64,000 nucleotides of DNA from Eledone cirrhosa (GCA_964016885.1 OZ024743.1:13268001-13332000); one strand, 5' to 3'; counted from the stretch's first letter, positions 12,539 through 25,586 are shown. The notes: generated by a model from the letters alone, not told the origin. Numbers and translations are program-made.

Positions 12539-14493
12539 TGGTTCAACGGCATATGCCAAAAGGAACATTACCGTTTTATCCAATTCGACATCAATAATTA
12601 CTACTCTTCCATCAGTTTACCACTTCTCCTTAGAACTATCAATTTCGCTAAAACACTCACAGTGGTTAAGGATTCCGAAGTTGATGTCATCCTCAATGCC
12701 CGTAAGTCGGTGATTAATTTCGACGACTCTATTTGGATTAAAAAATATAATATTACCTCATTCGACGTGACTATGGCCGCCAGCGATTCTGCGGAGGTTA
12801 CTGATCTTATCGGCCTTTTCCTTCTTTTCTCTATCAAGGACGAATTCCCCAACGTGGGCGGTGGTTTGTACCGTGATGATGGTCTTCTGACCATGACAAA
12901 GTGCGGCCTACATGCTTGCGACAGGTTCAGAAAATAACTCACAGCCTTCTTTAAAGGCTTCAACCTCTCCATACAGTTTGAGACCAACATCTCGGTCGTT
13001 AATTACCTCGACATTACACTCAATTTGTCGAATGGCTTGCACTACCCGTATAGAAAGCCGAATGATACGCTTAATTAAATAAGTAAGCATTCTAACCTTC
13101 CTGCCTGCATAACCAAGAACCTGATAAGAAACGTTTCTACGAGGCTTTCCCGTCTATCTACTAACGAACATATTTTCAACGACCATTCCACATGTTACAA
13201 GGAAGCTCTTGCTCGGAGTGGATTTGTCGATAAGGTAGCATATACAGAGTACGAGAATAGACCTAGAAAAATAGATCTCGACGCATTATATGGTATAACC
13301 TACCATATAATATGCTGGTGGCCACACCATTAGCTAAAATCTTTCTCTCCCTTATTATGAAGCATTTTCCCACAACACATAAATATAGTAACATTTTTAA
13401 TAGAAATACCATTAAAATTTCTTACTCTACGACTCCTAACCTTGCACATATCATCACAGCTTCAAATTTAGCTAAACTACCTAGCCGTAGGAACACGTGC
13501 AACCATGTAGCTAGTACTAACTGTAATTGGAGGTCCGAGTTTACTGAAATACCCACGTCCCATAGGGTCTACATAGGGTTAACCGCTAATAGATTCAAGC
13601 AGCGTCTTTACATGCATACCCATTCTTTTCTTAACCCTTTAAGAAGGAATATGACGTCACTTTCAGCTTATATCTGGAGTCTAAAAGACAACCACACCCA
13701 ATATAAGTTACACTGGGAGATCCTAGTTAAGGCTAGATCGTATAACGGAAATAAAAGACCATGTGACCTCTGCGCAGCTGAGGCGCTGTAAATACTGTAC
13801 GCCAAAGACCACATCTTAAACAAAAAATCTGAGGCAATTTCGGCTTGTAACCATAAATTACACAAATCTTTCCTGTATTACAGCCCCACATTATACCCTA
13901 ACGGATAGTACGAAATATACGCGGATATTTTACGTTTTGATGTGGTAGCTAAGTATATGTTATGTTCATACCATTACTTATTTGTATAGGTAAGTATATA
14001 TTACCTGTATGTTTTGTGAAGGTACGTATACTTTCTCGTACGTATATTTGATTGTATATGTTATGGCGTATATATTATATATTCTGGTACATATGCATCT
14101 GGTTATGTGTATACGCTTGTTTTGCGTCTGTGTGAGAATGAGGGTTCGTACGTATGTAGGGTGTGTGTATATGTGTACTTTGTGTTTTGGTTGACGTACG
14201 TCTCCGAACATATGTGTATTTACATGAAGGTATGTGTGCGCGCGCCTTATATACGTATTTATTTATTTATATATGTTTGCAACGGTTGCAACGTTTATTG
14301 AAATATTTACTTCTGCGTTCACAGATTGACTTTTTAGTTTCAGAAGATCCCGTTAAGGGTGAAAACAGCGATTCTTTGCTTAAACTTTAATCTGTTATTT
14401 TAATAAATATTTGCTCTACGGTTCTTATATATTTGATACATAATTATCCTTATCGAGCCCTCTTTGGTTTTTAGTCTTCAATTTTATTATTAT

Positions 14494-14497
<4 letters not shown>
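12539..14497 (+). mobile_element. 5'-truncated Penelope-like retroelement (RT + C-terminal GIY-YIG endonuclease + pLTR with hammerhead-like motif), probably Hydra clade
   Basis: RT motifs FIQFDINNYYSSI, FDVTMAASDSAEV, GLYRDDGL, VNYLDITL, PYRKPND, RRIIWYNLP, TIKISYS. Endonuclease motifs VYIGLT..FKQR...H..SF, TSLSAYIWSLK, CDLC, LNKKSE..SACNH. Several stops and a frameshift; coding relic ends at 13908. Flanked on both sides by (TA)n. Confidence 0.9.
14321..14395 (+). ncRNA. Type-I hammerhead-ribozyme-like motif with variant core (CAGAAGA)
   Basis: Stem I ACAGATTGA..AGTTT / AAACT-TTAATCTGT; core CAGAAGA; stem II CCC-GTTAA-GGG; GAAA; short imperfect stem III. Second copy at 53692-53766. Lies in the 3' terminal region of a Penelope-like element, where hammerheads are known to occur. 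Confidence 0.6.

Positions 14498-14586
<89 letters not shown>
14498..14586. repeat. (TA)n microsatellite
   Basis: Direct reading. Confidence 0.98.
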
Positions 14587-14590
<4 letters not shown>

Positions 14591-15084
14591 CCTCAAACTA
14601 TCGCAATTAAGAACCAATCTTAGACATATGTTTATTTCCATTGTTCAATACACACATGTATGTATATACAGATATAAATTACCCTCAACCCTTACACTGC
14701 TGTCATAAAAAAATACAACATAACAATAGTAGTAGCAGCAGCAGCAACAATACCACCACTGCGTAACATCATTATTTCCTCTACCAACATTTGCTTAAAC
14801 AGCAAAACTAGGACTTTTAATAACATTATTATTTCCCCCACCATCAACTGCCACATCAGCAGCAGCACCACTATATCGCCATCATTCGACCCGGTAAAAA
14901 TCCCAGCCAAATTCAATTTAAACTATTACACACTAGCATCTTTAAAATAGGATTAAAATGGAACAATGCGTTTGAAAATTGTTTCAAAATCTGTTGCGAG
15001 TGTCGTGGCTGGAATGCTTTCAACATAGATCAGCTCAATCGGATATGACCTGGGGCAAAACAAGAACACGAAAGCTCACATCAA

Positions 15085-15450
15085 TATACCACAAACAATA
15101 CCAACACCAACACAAGTACATCCACCACTACAACCACCACCACCACCACGACCACCACCACGACCACCACCACCAACAACAACAATAAAATAATAACCAC
15201 CACTACCACCACCAAAGCCACCAACACCAACAAAAGTATATCAACTACCACCACCAACACCAGCATCAAAACCACCACCACCACCACCACCACAACCATC
15301 ACCAACACAATCATCATCATCATCAGCAGCAGTAACAGCACCACCACCGTCACGACAACGACGATAACATCTAAAACCACAATACACTACTTACATTTCT
15401 ATAACTACCCACCACCATGACCTCTTCCACCGCTACTCACACTCTCCCAC
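15085..15450. repeat. Degenerate (CAC/CAA/CAT)n trinucleotide low-complexity tract
   Basis: Direct reading; source of the poly-His and poly-Val pseudo-ORFs. Confidence 0.9.
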
Positions 15451-15749
15451 ACTGCTATTTATAACAATGCTACTTGCACTGTCACCTTTAATCTAGGCTG
15501 GAAGTTGATAATTTTATTTTTATTCATGTATTAAATTGTCCTAAAAATCTACTCATGTTTTAAATATGAACGAGGTCACATCTCTTATTTTAAATTTTGT
15601 GTTCTATATTAGTGTGCTGCTTTGTCTTGTATTGAATGGCACTTTATTTTGTGTACTGTACTGTATGTATGTATGTATGTATGTATGTATGTATTTATGT
15701 ATTTATGTATGTATGTATGTATGTATGTGTGTATATATATATATATATT

Positions 15750-16041
15750 AAGGCGTGTGGCTGAGTGGTTAGAGAATTGGATTCGCAATCTTGAGGTTGC
15801 CAGTTCGATTCCTAGACCGGGCGATGCGTTATGTCCTTGAGCAAGACACTATATTTCACGTTGCCCCTTCTACCTGGAGTCGCAATCGATAGATAGTATT
15901 AACAGGTGGAAAGACCAACGGAAACATTCTTTCCTCGGTCCGATTTGACGAAATTCGATCGATCCTTACTTTGCCTTTCATCCATACAGGGTCGATAAAA
16001 TAAAGTACCAGTAATGCTGGACTTGTGCCAAAAGTAGAAAC

Positions 16042-16047
<6 letters not shown>
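15750..16047 (+). mobile_element. tRNA-derived SINE head and core followed by a Nin-type SINE 3' part
   Basis: A-box GTGGCTGAGTGG, B-box GTTCGATTCC, core TGTCCTTGAGCAAGACACT. From about 15968: CTTTGCCTTTCATCC..GGGTCGATAAAATAAAGTACCAG...AGTAGAAACAATT. Confidence 0.8.
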
Positions 16048-16109
<62 letters not shown>

Positions 16110-16111
16110 TG

Positions 16112-16172
<61 letters not shown>

Positions 16173-17018
16173 ATTTTACATACACATTTATACACATACT
16201 AGCATTAAAGCCTGGCGTTGTTCGGGGTCAGTAAGTTACCAAAGTTAGGTTGCACCACCCATTTTAGGGCACCACTTTTTTATCTGCCAGGCACTGGTTG
16301 AATGAATTACAAACCTGCACTACCGAAGCAGGAGCTGCACCAGCAGTGACGATTGTAGTTTCGCCTATGGATATTATCTCTGTGCAAAGAAGTGTTCAAA
16401 CTTATTGTTTCACAGTACTTGCGCAACACGCGCGTAGACGATGCTAGCCGAACAACAGAGCTGCGATGGAGTTGTTCTGCATAACATATTTTAACGGGGG
16501 AGGGGTGGATTGAGGGAACCGCAAACAGAGGCCTGAAAACATTGTCGAATTATGACAACCAAAAAAGAGGAAGAGGAGTCATTGTGTGGTTGGTGCATCA
16601 TGTACGTCGGACGTAGAAGATGAGCCTGCTGCTGTGCCGACGGAGGGAGGGAAATAGGGCTGAGCGAAGGCCGGGTGTTGGTGAAGTGTGAAGTAATTAC
16701 AGGGAACCGCCTAAAAACGTAAATCTCGTCATTAAAGCATTGTTCACCCTTTGAGAGTCGTACGGAGGTGAAATACTAACCTCTCCACGGTCCTCCGAGG
16801 CCCATCAAACGGAGGCTGGTGAAGAGCAACAGCTGATATTTGGGTAGGGTCGGAGTTGCAATGAAGCTTTGTAAAGCCGCGAGAATCAGCCTTTGTACGG
16901 CAGATGGTGGGGAGTGTCCAGTGCACTGCAGTGAAGGTTAACCTACTTAGAAAGTACTCACGAAAAGGCAAAAAATAAAAAAATAAAAAAAGTTATAAAA
17001 TTAGGAATCGAGGTAATC

Positions 17019-20000
17019 CTATAAAACCTCCTTGTACACAATGTTTTTTGTTTGTCCTTGCGGAACGAACGCGAAATCACCACCCTTGCTGCCGACACGC
17101 GAGCAGCCAAACGTAAAGCTGACCATGAGAGAAACACGGCTTCCCCAAATGTATTCCCGCGACAGACAGTGTTTTACCCTGCGCTTTGTTAATTGACATT
17201 GCGAAGCATGGCCTGACCGGGAACTGGGACCTCCGAAATGTGAAATGTAGGTCTGCTCCTGATGGGAAAAGATGCATCCTCGGTATGAGCACAACCTTGC
17301 CCCGACTGCACCCTGTGATTATTGTGGTCTCAATCAGATTGGGAGCTAAGGACTTAACGACCAAACGTGTGCCATTGCATTGTTTCGGCGGAACCAAATT
17401 TCGAATGAGCATTATAGGGGCACCAACTTTAAGTTTCAAAATGTGTGGGGGTAATCCGGGGGACTCAAAGGAATTTAGTACCTCTATTGGATAGTTGATG
17501 ACGTCCTCGGGGTCAGGAGTTCTATCGATAGACTTATATACGTAGCCATACTCAGGAATGAGTTTTAGCATTTGATCATTAATATGGTTAACAGTTTTAT
17601 TCCTCGGGGCCAGAATAGCCCTTTGGGCAAGCCAATCCATATTCTGATAATTTGCTTGGAGATCTGGGAACACTGCATCCCTGAGATCAGAAGGCGTACT
17701 AACAACGGTACAAAGTGAGTCGATGACAATATTGCCCTTTTTTCATCCCCGGGCGTTTTGCCATCGCCAAGTACAAGGAGGGTGTCAGAAAATGCTGCTG
17801 ATGCGATATCACCCGCATATGAGCACGCATGTTAGTGTGAAGTTTCAGAGTCGTCACCAGGGGCCACAATGCGGATGACTTAAGACACGCACGTACTGCA
17901 TCAGCTCTAGTCCCCTTGGGAATAACGGGAAGCGTTTGCCTGAGTCCCATGAAAGAAGAAGTGTTATGCCTCCCATGGGAGCCGTAGAGTCTTTGATGTC
18001 TCTCAGAGTTCTATCTAGCACCTCTAACACCTCAAGAGCACCTCTGTGGACCATCGTGCATTCGTCCCAAACGATAAGCTTGCATCGTCTGAACACTTCT
18101 GCCTGATCGGATCTCTTACTGATGTTGCAAGTGTGTGTCTCAGTCTTCGCTAAGTCAAGCGGGAGCTTGAAATAGGAGTGAGCTGTCCTGCCGCCCGGCA
18201 ACAAAGTAGCCGCAATTCCAGATGATGCCACAGCTAAGGCAATGCCTTCTGTTCGCCTAATCTCAGCTAATATTAATTTGGTGACAAAAGTTTTCCCAGT
18301 CCCCCCAGGAGCGTCCAGGAAAAAAATCCCCCCAGCTTTGCCCCGGACAGAATTAACAACAGAGTTGTAAGCGAATTTCTGTTCTGGAAGGAGCTTTGGC
18401 TCATTCTCCGCTATGTACTGGGCAAGCTCGTCAACATTATAAGATGTCTCACACAGAAAATCCGAAGACAGAGTGTTTGCGCCTTCCCGGTTTGTTGAAG
18501 GTAGGCCATACATAGCCAACGCACGACCGACCATATCGAGAACAGTATCTTCGATTTCAAGCAGCGCCCTGTTGTAAATGAGGTCACTCTACCCGACCTC
18601 CATCGATGGGTTTAGCAACTGAGCGTGACGCAGGAAATCTTCAGATATGTAATCTTTGTAGCTAAGCCATAAAGAGGCCGGATCACCCAAGTCGCACCAT
18701 AGAAGTAGAATAACGAAAAGCGATCTTATCTTTTAGGAGATTTCAACCAAACGCCCTCTGCCATAGTGGCGTCTCATTGTGAATCATCCTCCAAAAGGCC
18801 TCGCCTACAGCAGGCTTCCCGGAAAGTATCACATAATTCACCGTCAACAATTCTTATGTCTCGAAAGCTTTGTGGGCCAAAAACCTCATGGAGGAGAATG
18901 CGCAGGTGAAAACACTCATGCTGGTTGGGAGGTACAGTGTACACTCTTCCTAGACAATTGTCAAACTTGACACCAGGATGTCCTTCAAAATCCTGACCTG
19001 ACTTCCTACGCACCCAAGTGTTGTTTGACTACACGTATAGGACGGGACCTGATGATATGAAAGTGTTTTTTGCAAATGTGTCAAGTTGGCAAAGCGTAAA
19101 AAAAACAGTCAAAGTTGTTTCTTTTGGATTGGCCGCCAAATGAGCAGCAGTCTGTTCAGTAAAGTAAGCCCGCTGGCCGTTTTCCAAATGAACCGCTAGT
19201 TGTATGATGGCAGGTGCCTTTGGTGAAGTGGAAACCCGAATATCCGCCAAAAATCTTCACCACTGCTGATATATCGACCTGCCAAGTACTCCGAGACCTC
19301 GTCCCTGCTATTGTCGTTTTGAGGGCCGAACATGGCAGCGTCGGAACTATTGTTAACATATTTACATATGTACTTTATCGACTTCACTGAATGACAGAAC
19401 CCCACATTTCTATGAGCGTTGAAAGTTTTCATCAGAAATGGACAGTACGGGACCACCCACCTATTATCAACTTGATGACCCCGTAATGTCATAGTGAATC
19501 CACCGTTCTCAGGCCGCCTTCGTCTGTACGGTGGGTATCCGTCGCCGCCGGTTTGGGTCTCCTCAACAAACCTCTTTGGGTATCGTTTAGTGCACACATG
19601 GTCCTTGTGGCATGAAGAGAACTCTTGAAAACCGGGACCGCACGGACCGTGCACCATATGTGCCTTCACAATGTCGTACGGCTGCCGATCAACAACCGGG
19701 TCCAGTATTTCCGCTGCGATGACGTCATCTAGAATTGTAGGGTCTATTTTGGTGACCAACCAAACCAAAATGTGCGCGTGTGGCAACCCTCTCTTCTGCC
19801 ACTCAACAGTATACATGTGGCACCTAACAGGCCTGAAAACCTTCCCTTTTTTATTAGATCAATTAGCTTAGCCAACTTCTGTCTGAAAACCCTGGCAATA
19901 ATATCATGCCGATGGCAGTACTGCTGCCCTGGGATAAGTTCCCGCGTAATCTCAACCCACTTGGGGTTACACGAAAACGTGATGAATAAATCGGGGCGCC

Positions 20001-21623
20001 CATAATGCCGAACGAACGTCATAGGCTCCTGTGTTCGCTCGTGCATGTACCCCCCCCTCCCCGTATAGGTTGAGGGGAGAATGCACATTTTGCCGATGTT
20101 CCGGGGCTCAGTGTCATTCCTGATGCCGTCACGCAAATGGATGTAGGAGTCTGAGCGCAGCTGCTTCTGATTCAATTTTATGAAGCACAGTCTCTCCGAC
20201 TCCATCTTTGCAGCCATGTCAACTGCAAACTGGTGAAACAGTTCCCGTGACCTGTGCAGGGTGCTGAAATCGTTAGGCCTCGTCATCAAGCGGTATGAGT
20301 ATAAAGCCCTGCATGAAACAGTTCGAGATGTCGCAGCAGTGGGCTCGTTTGGTTTGCGCTGAGGAATGTCGAAATGGTATCCGTCTTCTTCGTATGCAAA
20401 AAGAAGGGGATACTGCAGGGCGTCGTATGAACGATGCGTCTCATTAATACGTCGAAGACCACTGTCACGACTTTGAAGAACTATGTCTCGCTTATTGTGC
20501 TGTTCACCATGGATAACTACGGCCGTTTCATTGCACGAAGGAGCGTTATAACGGCGTGCGTTCTCCCCAGGTCTTTTGTCAGCATCGATGACAATGGTAC
20601 AGTTTGGTGAAGGATTTGTTTCCAATGCGTATTTGAAACTGCGAATATAACTGTTGTGCTCATGAAGCATGTATTGAAGACTGAGCAGCACGTCCCTTTC
20701 AAAAGTGTCAGCGTCAGTGTTTGCAGGTGTTGGAATAACGCCGTACGGCGCATCAACTTGCCTACTGTAGTTAGAAATGAAGGAAATTTGAAGTAACGAA
20801 GGCTTGCAATTTTGTAGTGGCTGGAGTGACCCAATAAGATGGTACACCTGCCCCTGGACCTTGAAAGTAGGCATCCAACCACTTTCTCTGACAACGTTAG
20901 CCCCGAAAGAAGTCATTTGAAACGCACAATTGTACTTCCTGATGAGTTGAAGGAATTTGGATGATCTTGAGTTAGAACCAGTAAGTAGTTCCTTCAAAGG
21001 CGCTGGTGGTTCCCCAAGAGGGGCAAAGCTGACCTTACCGTTTAAGCAGCACATTGCAGGTGACTCCCCAGCCCACTTTTTAGCAATTACAGAATTTGCA
21101 ATTGAAGCGTATTTCCCCTATATTTATGTCGGCACGCATCGAGTAGTTAACGTTGGGCTCATACTTGAAAGCCCGTAGGTGCCAGTATGGGCTGGTGGGG
21201 CTCGTCACACCGCGGGCAGTTTCTTGTCGTCGACTGTTCCGCTCCAACGTAGAATGTTGCTCCTGTGGGTCGTGGGAAGCTCTCGCAGCAGTAGCAGCAG
21301 CGTTTCTATTCAGGCGAGTCTACCTTTGTTCCGGGCCCTCTGAAGCCCTGGAAGCAGCATTAGAAGCGTTTTTTTTTGGAATGACGTATCGCCCGCTCTG
21401 AATCGCACATTGCAGCATGTCTCGAGGCGTCGTATGAAGCCATCTTGGCTAGGCGTGCGGTGCGTTGTTGAAAACTTACACCAGCTCTGCATTCCGCTGA
21501 ACGTAAGGCGCTCTGTGAAAGTCTTGAAGCAGTTTCCTCGGGGGACTCGTTTGCTGTAATCGCCCTCTGCGCCGCCGCTGCCACGGTATGTCGACCGAGG
21601 CGACTTCTCTTTTTAGGTGGCAT
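17019..21623 (-). pseudogene. Helitron Rep/Pif1-helicase (RepHel), multiply frameshifted
   Basis: N-terminus MPPKKRSRLGRH; Zn-finger CKFC..KW.GESPAMCCLNGKV; HRSYDALQYPL; GRPDLFITFSCNPKW; HUH motif EWQKRGLPHAHIL; MVHGPCG; Y2 motif KYICKYVN; Walker A FLDAPGGTGKTF; IVWDE; CNGTRL; FAMSINKAQGKTL; FSHGQLYV; ends TKNIVYKEVL. Confidence 0.96.
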
Positions 21624-21972
21624 TTTATGTGAAAAAGAAAGGGTGAAATTTACTTCTACAGCAAAATTGCCTTTGAAAGTATAAGGCTGAAAACTCTCTG
21701 CGTTCCGCAGGGGCAAGATGGGAGACTACCGGCAAATAAATAACTCACAGTTTGTTGAAAGCGCGTTTCTGTCAGCAATTTGAAGTTGTTTGGCTAAAAA
21801 TCCCTATGTGGTTTTTTTTCCACTCAATAAACGTGTAAATATGTTATACACAAAATGTAATTGTGTGTGAGTTGAATGATAGATGTTTTAAAAAATGATT
21901 TTAAGCGTATATAAGAGATTGTTGATTAAATATATCTGTTGCTTTTGAATAATTGTAGTTTGGTATAAAATG

Positions 21973-22156
21973 TAAGCGTCATGTATTTAACGTTTTTCTC
22001 TGTCTCTCACTCTCTAGCTCACTCCTTTATTTTCTTCTCTCTCTCTAAAGGAAATTATTAAGGAGTGGGTTTATAAGCGTCATGTATTTAACGTTTGTCT
22101 CTGGCTCACTCCTTTATTTTTTCTCTCTCTCTAAAGGAAATTAGTAAGGAGTGGGT
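21973..22156. repeat. Imperfect tandem duplication (about 98 and 83 bp) in the Helitron 5' non-coding region
   Basis: TAAGCGTCATGTATTTAACGTTT...CTAAAGGAAATTA.TAAGGAGTGGGT occurs at 21973 and 22074. Confidence 0.85.
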
Positions 22157-24799
22157 AGGTTGCAGCATGTATTTTTTTTTTCGATTTTTAAGGGGAGTTA
22201 GGCAGATAAATCAGAAGGTATTATAGGGGTAAAACGTCATGTATTTAGTTTTATCGATTATTTCCGTAATTGTGGGTGAGTTTGAATGAAATAAATAGTC
22301 GTTGACCTAAGTTAGACCATTTACAACATTCTTACAGACGTTGAGTCGAATCGGTTTGAAATTGTGAAAATGTATAAACATGGAACATGCACACACTCAA
22401 CAACAACAATCTGCCTTTTATAGATAATGATGCACACACATCCATTGAAGAACTACCCATATTTTTACAAACATTTCACAAGTTTACCAACATTTCAAAC
22501 GAGTGTTCTGTAGAAAAAGGTCCAATATCCGTGATTAAATATTCCTTCGTGCATTCTTCATAAAATAAATTATAAAGTAAGGTAAAGTCCTGATTCGCAG
22601 TAAACCTGTGATAAGCAGTATCGACAAAGAACATTCATTATCAAGTTTGGAAGATTTAAAAATATATGTCATGAAGTGTATGAAATAGTGTTCTATTTCT
22701 TGGCTGTGGGCATTCGCCTGAGAGCGAGAAAATAAGTGAACATTTGAAGTTGAGGGATTGATTTATTGTAGAGATGTATTGAAAAGCAAGGCGTGTGATC
22801 TGAGAGTGATAATCCAGGAAGCGGAGTGAACAAAGAATAATGTCAGAAAGCTGGACAGGAAGATAGCTATGAATTGCTGATATAACCATGAAAAGACTGG
22901 CAAGTTAAAGTAGAGGAAATGTAATGAGGATAGCGATATCCACACGTACAATAAATCAATCACAAATAGGGATATCATTAGGATGATGTGTTAACGAGGT
23001 AATAGGAATGGTGATAACGGTAGCAGAACGTTGGAGTAAAGTATCTGAAACGATAAACCTATATACATCCGTACATATATACACATAAGAATCCGTATGT
23101 AGACAGATAAGTTTATACACTCATGCATATTTCCTTGGGGAAAATAAACATTAACAATCTTCGAAACGGTATTGATTTATAACTTAGGTATACTGTTAAA
23201 AGGACATCTGAATTGCGAGTTTAGTTGAGCGGAGTCATTTGATTTTGTAGCTTGATTGATATCGTTTCTTTTCCTGTACATCTTCACTTCATCGTATGTA
23301 TATATGTGTATATATATACATATATATACACATATGTATATATGTGTAACGTAGTTGTTGGGATGCTGACTCTACGATGGTAAATTCGTGAGTCCAATTT
23401 CCGGTCGGGATGGAGTATTGTATCCCTGGGCAAGATACCTTATTTCATCACGCTGTACTAGTCCACACTGCTGGTAAAAATGAGTTGTGAGGACAATGAT
23501 GACAAGCTGTATTGGCCTTTGTCTTTTTCAGTCAATAAAGTCCCTGGCTGGTATGTTTAAGTGACGGCTAGTTTTCCGCAAAATACCGTGTTCAGGTTTG
23601 CGCGTTAGATAGGAAATTTGTAGGTAGAATTTCTTGACTGAAAGGGCACTGGATGTATATTTGTAGTTAAGTAGAGTTGATAGAAAATAGAGTGGAGGAG
23701 ATAGAAAGAGTGAGAGAAAGGAAAGAAAAAAGTATGAAAGAATGAGGAAAACTCAAGTGATTTAAAGTAAAAGGTAATATTGTAATAATACGAGACACAG
23801 AGTATCAATAAGAGAATTTAAATTGATTCTGGGCGTAATGGGAAATGACAACGGTGGGGTGAATATTTTTATTATGGAACGGTTTTTCAATGAAATTATT
23901 AATGGTTTTCAACATTTCTGTATTGATAATATAATTCCCAATGTAGTACTGGTCGATGCTATCGACTTTTCCCTACTGCCTAAATTTCTGGACTTGTGAT
24001 TTTGTAAATAAAATAAGATCTCAATGTAAAGTTGAAGGGAAACAACGCATACACACTCACTGTTATGAAGAAACCGAAAGAATAAGAGATAAATTGGAAG
24101 GGAAAGACGGTGAGATAGCACAGTACAAATAACGAAAAAGAAAAAGGTGGACAAATTGAGATAAGAGTTGGTAATAACATAAGTGCGAAAGAGTGGCAGT
24201 AGCTGGTAGAAGAGTAAAACAGATTGATTTATGACTGTGATGGTAGCTGAAAAGCAGGTGATTGCTACATATAGTAGAAAGAAGGGAAAGTTATTTTAAG
24301 GAGTAGGAAGAAATGCTTTAAGTTTTACAAGAAAGATGAGCACACATATTGTCAGTTAGTCAGATGACAAATAAATATTACAGAATAGTTTATGTTTAGA
24401 AATTAAAGGCAACTTGAATCTCAGCAAGATTGAAACTTATAACGTAAAAGGGGCCTTTAAATAATAAATGTAATTGTATATGTTCACATAATAAAGATAA
24501 ATTTGATATCGATAGCAGAACGTTGTGTGAAAATTATAACGTAAATGTATAAACCTATCCAGTAAATGAATAAAAAGAAGGAAACGAAAGCTGTTCTTTC
24601 ATTTGGTTTGGAATTAAAAATTAAGGAGATGATCTCACAAACCACACGCACGCGGGCGCGCACATGCACAGAAGAAAATACACAAACACCAACTTTTAGA
24701 AATATACAATAGACTACGGTTCTGCTGTTGAGTTCTCAATGAATTTAACAAAAGATAAACAACAACAAAACATAACTAACTAGAGATTTCTAACATTAT

Positions 24800-25017
24800 G
24801 GTGGATTCGCAGTATCAGTAGAGGGTCAGACGCCATGGCAGTATCAGTAGAGGGTCAAACGCTATGCTTTGCAGCATAGAGTTACGCTCTTTTACGGTCA
24901 GAGTTCAAATCTCGCTGAGGTTAACTTTGCTTTTCATCCTTACAGGGACGATAAAATAAAGTACCAGTAATGTACTGGATTAATTGCTAATCTTGTGCCA
25001 AAAGTAGAAACAATTAT
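24800..25017 (+). mobile_element. Nin-type tRNA SINE with a duplicated 5' segment
   Basis: GCAGTATCAGTAGAGGGTCA.ACGC.ATG occurs twice; B-box GAGTTCAAATC; family central domain and AGTAGAAACAATTA tail. Confidence 0.88.
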
Positions 25018-25254
25018 ATATTTAGTTGAATGTTTCTACTAATACTTAAAGCATATTTTACGTTTACTCAATAGAGATGAATTCGAACTAACATGTCATT
25101 GAATCATGAATGAAACTTTATATGTTCGCATAATTAAGATAAAGTCGTTCTGGATAAGTGTGAGATTCAATAATATGTTTTGAATATGTTAAAAACACAA
25201 CAGTGATCTTCAAAGCAATAAAGAAAAAAATGGATATACATGTATAGGGAAAAT

Positions 25255-25586
25255 GGTAAAGACCCCCTTCAGTCATGAATGACCATATGATTTGTACCTA
25301 GAAAATTTCCCTCCGAAGCACAAGTCCATGCAAGGTTGTTTGTGGAAGAAGAGCAGTCGCCCACGCATACCAGCCTCCCCTCTCCACGCCACCGACGTGG
25401 TCCAAGAGAAAAACACTGACCTATACAGCTAGATAAGAGTGACTTATTTCTACAGCTGAGTAAGCTGGAGCAACGTGAAATAAAGTGTGTTGTTCAAGGA
25501 TACAACACATCACCCAGTTCGAGAATCAAACATACAACCTCCCGATTACAAGCCCAACGCTCTAACCACTAAGCGATGCGGCTTCG
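25255..25586 (-). mobile_element. tRNA-derived SINE of a second family
   Basis: The reverse strand gives GCTTAGTGGTTAGAGCGTTGGGCTTGTAATCGGGAGGTT (tRNA-like head) and TGTATCCTTGAACAACACACTTTATTTCACGTTGCTCCAG, matching the core seen at about 15832 and 23420. Confidence 0.78.

Larger units (their letters stand above)
16199..22424 (-). mobile_element. Full-length Helitron (rolling-circle transposon)
   Basis: Minus-strand 5' end A|TCTATAAAAGGCAG at 22424. The 3' end has the decayed hairpin CCCGAACAACGCCAGG then TTTAATG-CTAG|T at 16199. Inserted between A and T with no TSD. Contains Rep-helicase coding sequence. Confidence 0.95.

Noticed and set aside
12601-12990. Antisense ORFs over the PLE RT (likewise over the Helitron and CR1)
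   Set aside because: Shadow frames of transposon coding sequence.
15750-15825. tRNA gene
   Set aside because: A and B boxes are present, but I could not form a proper acceptor stem and it runs directly into a SINE core; it is a SINE head.
14979-16234. Poly-His, poly-Val, YI- and CV-repeat ORFs here and throughout the window
   Set aside because: Translations of microsatellites, not genes.
22690-22950. Possible further GIY-YIG relic on the minus strand (YFNLP...SLIFSL...P)
   Set aside because: Too degenerate to call without a profile search.
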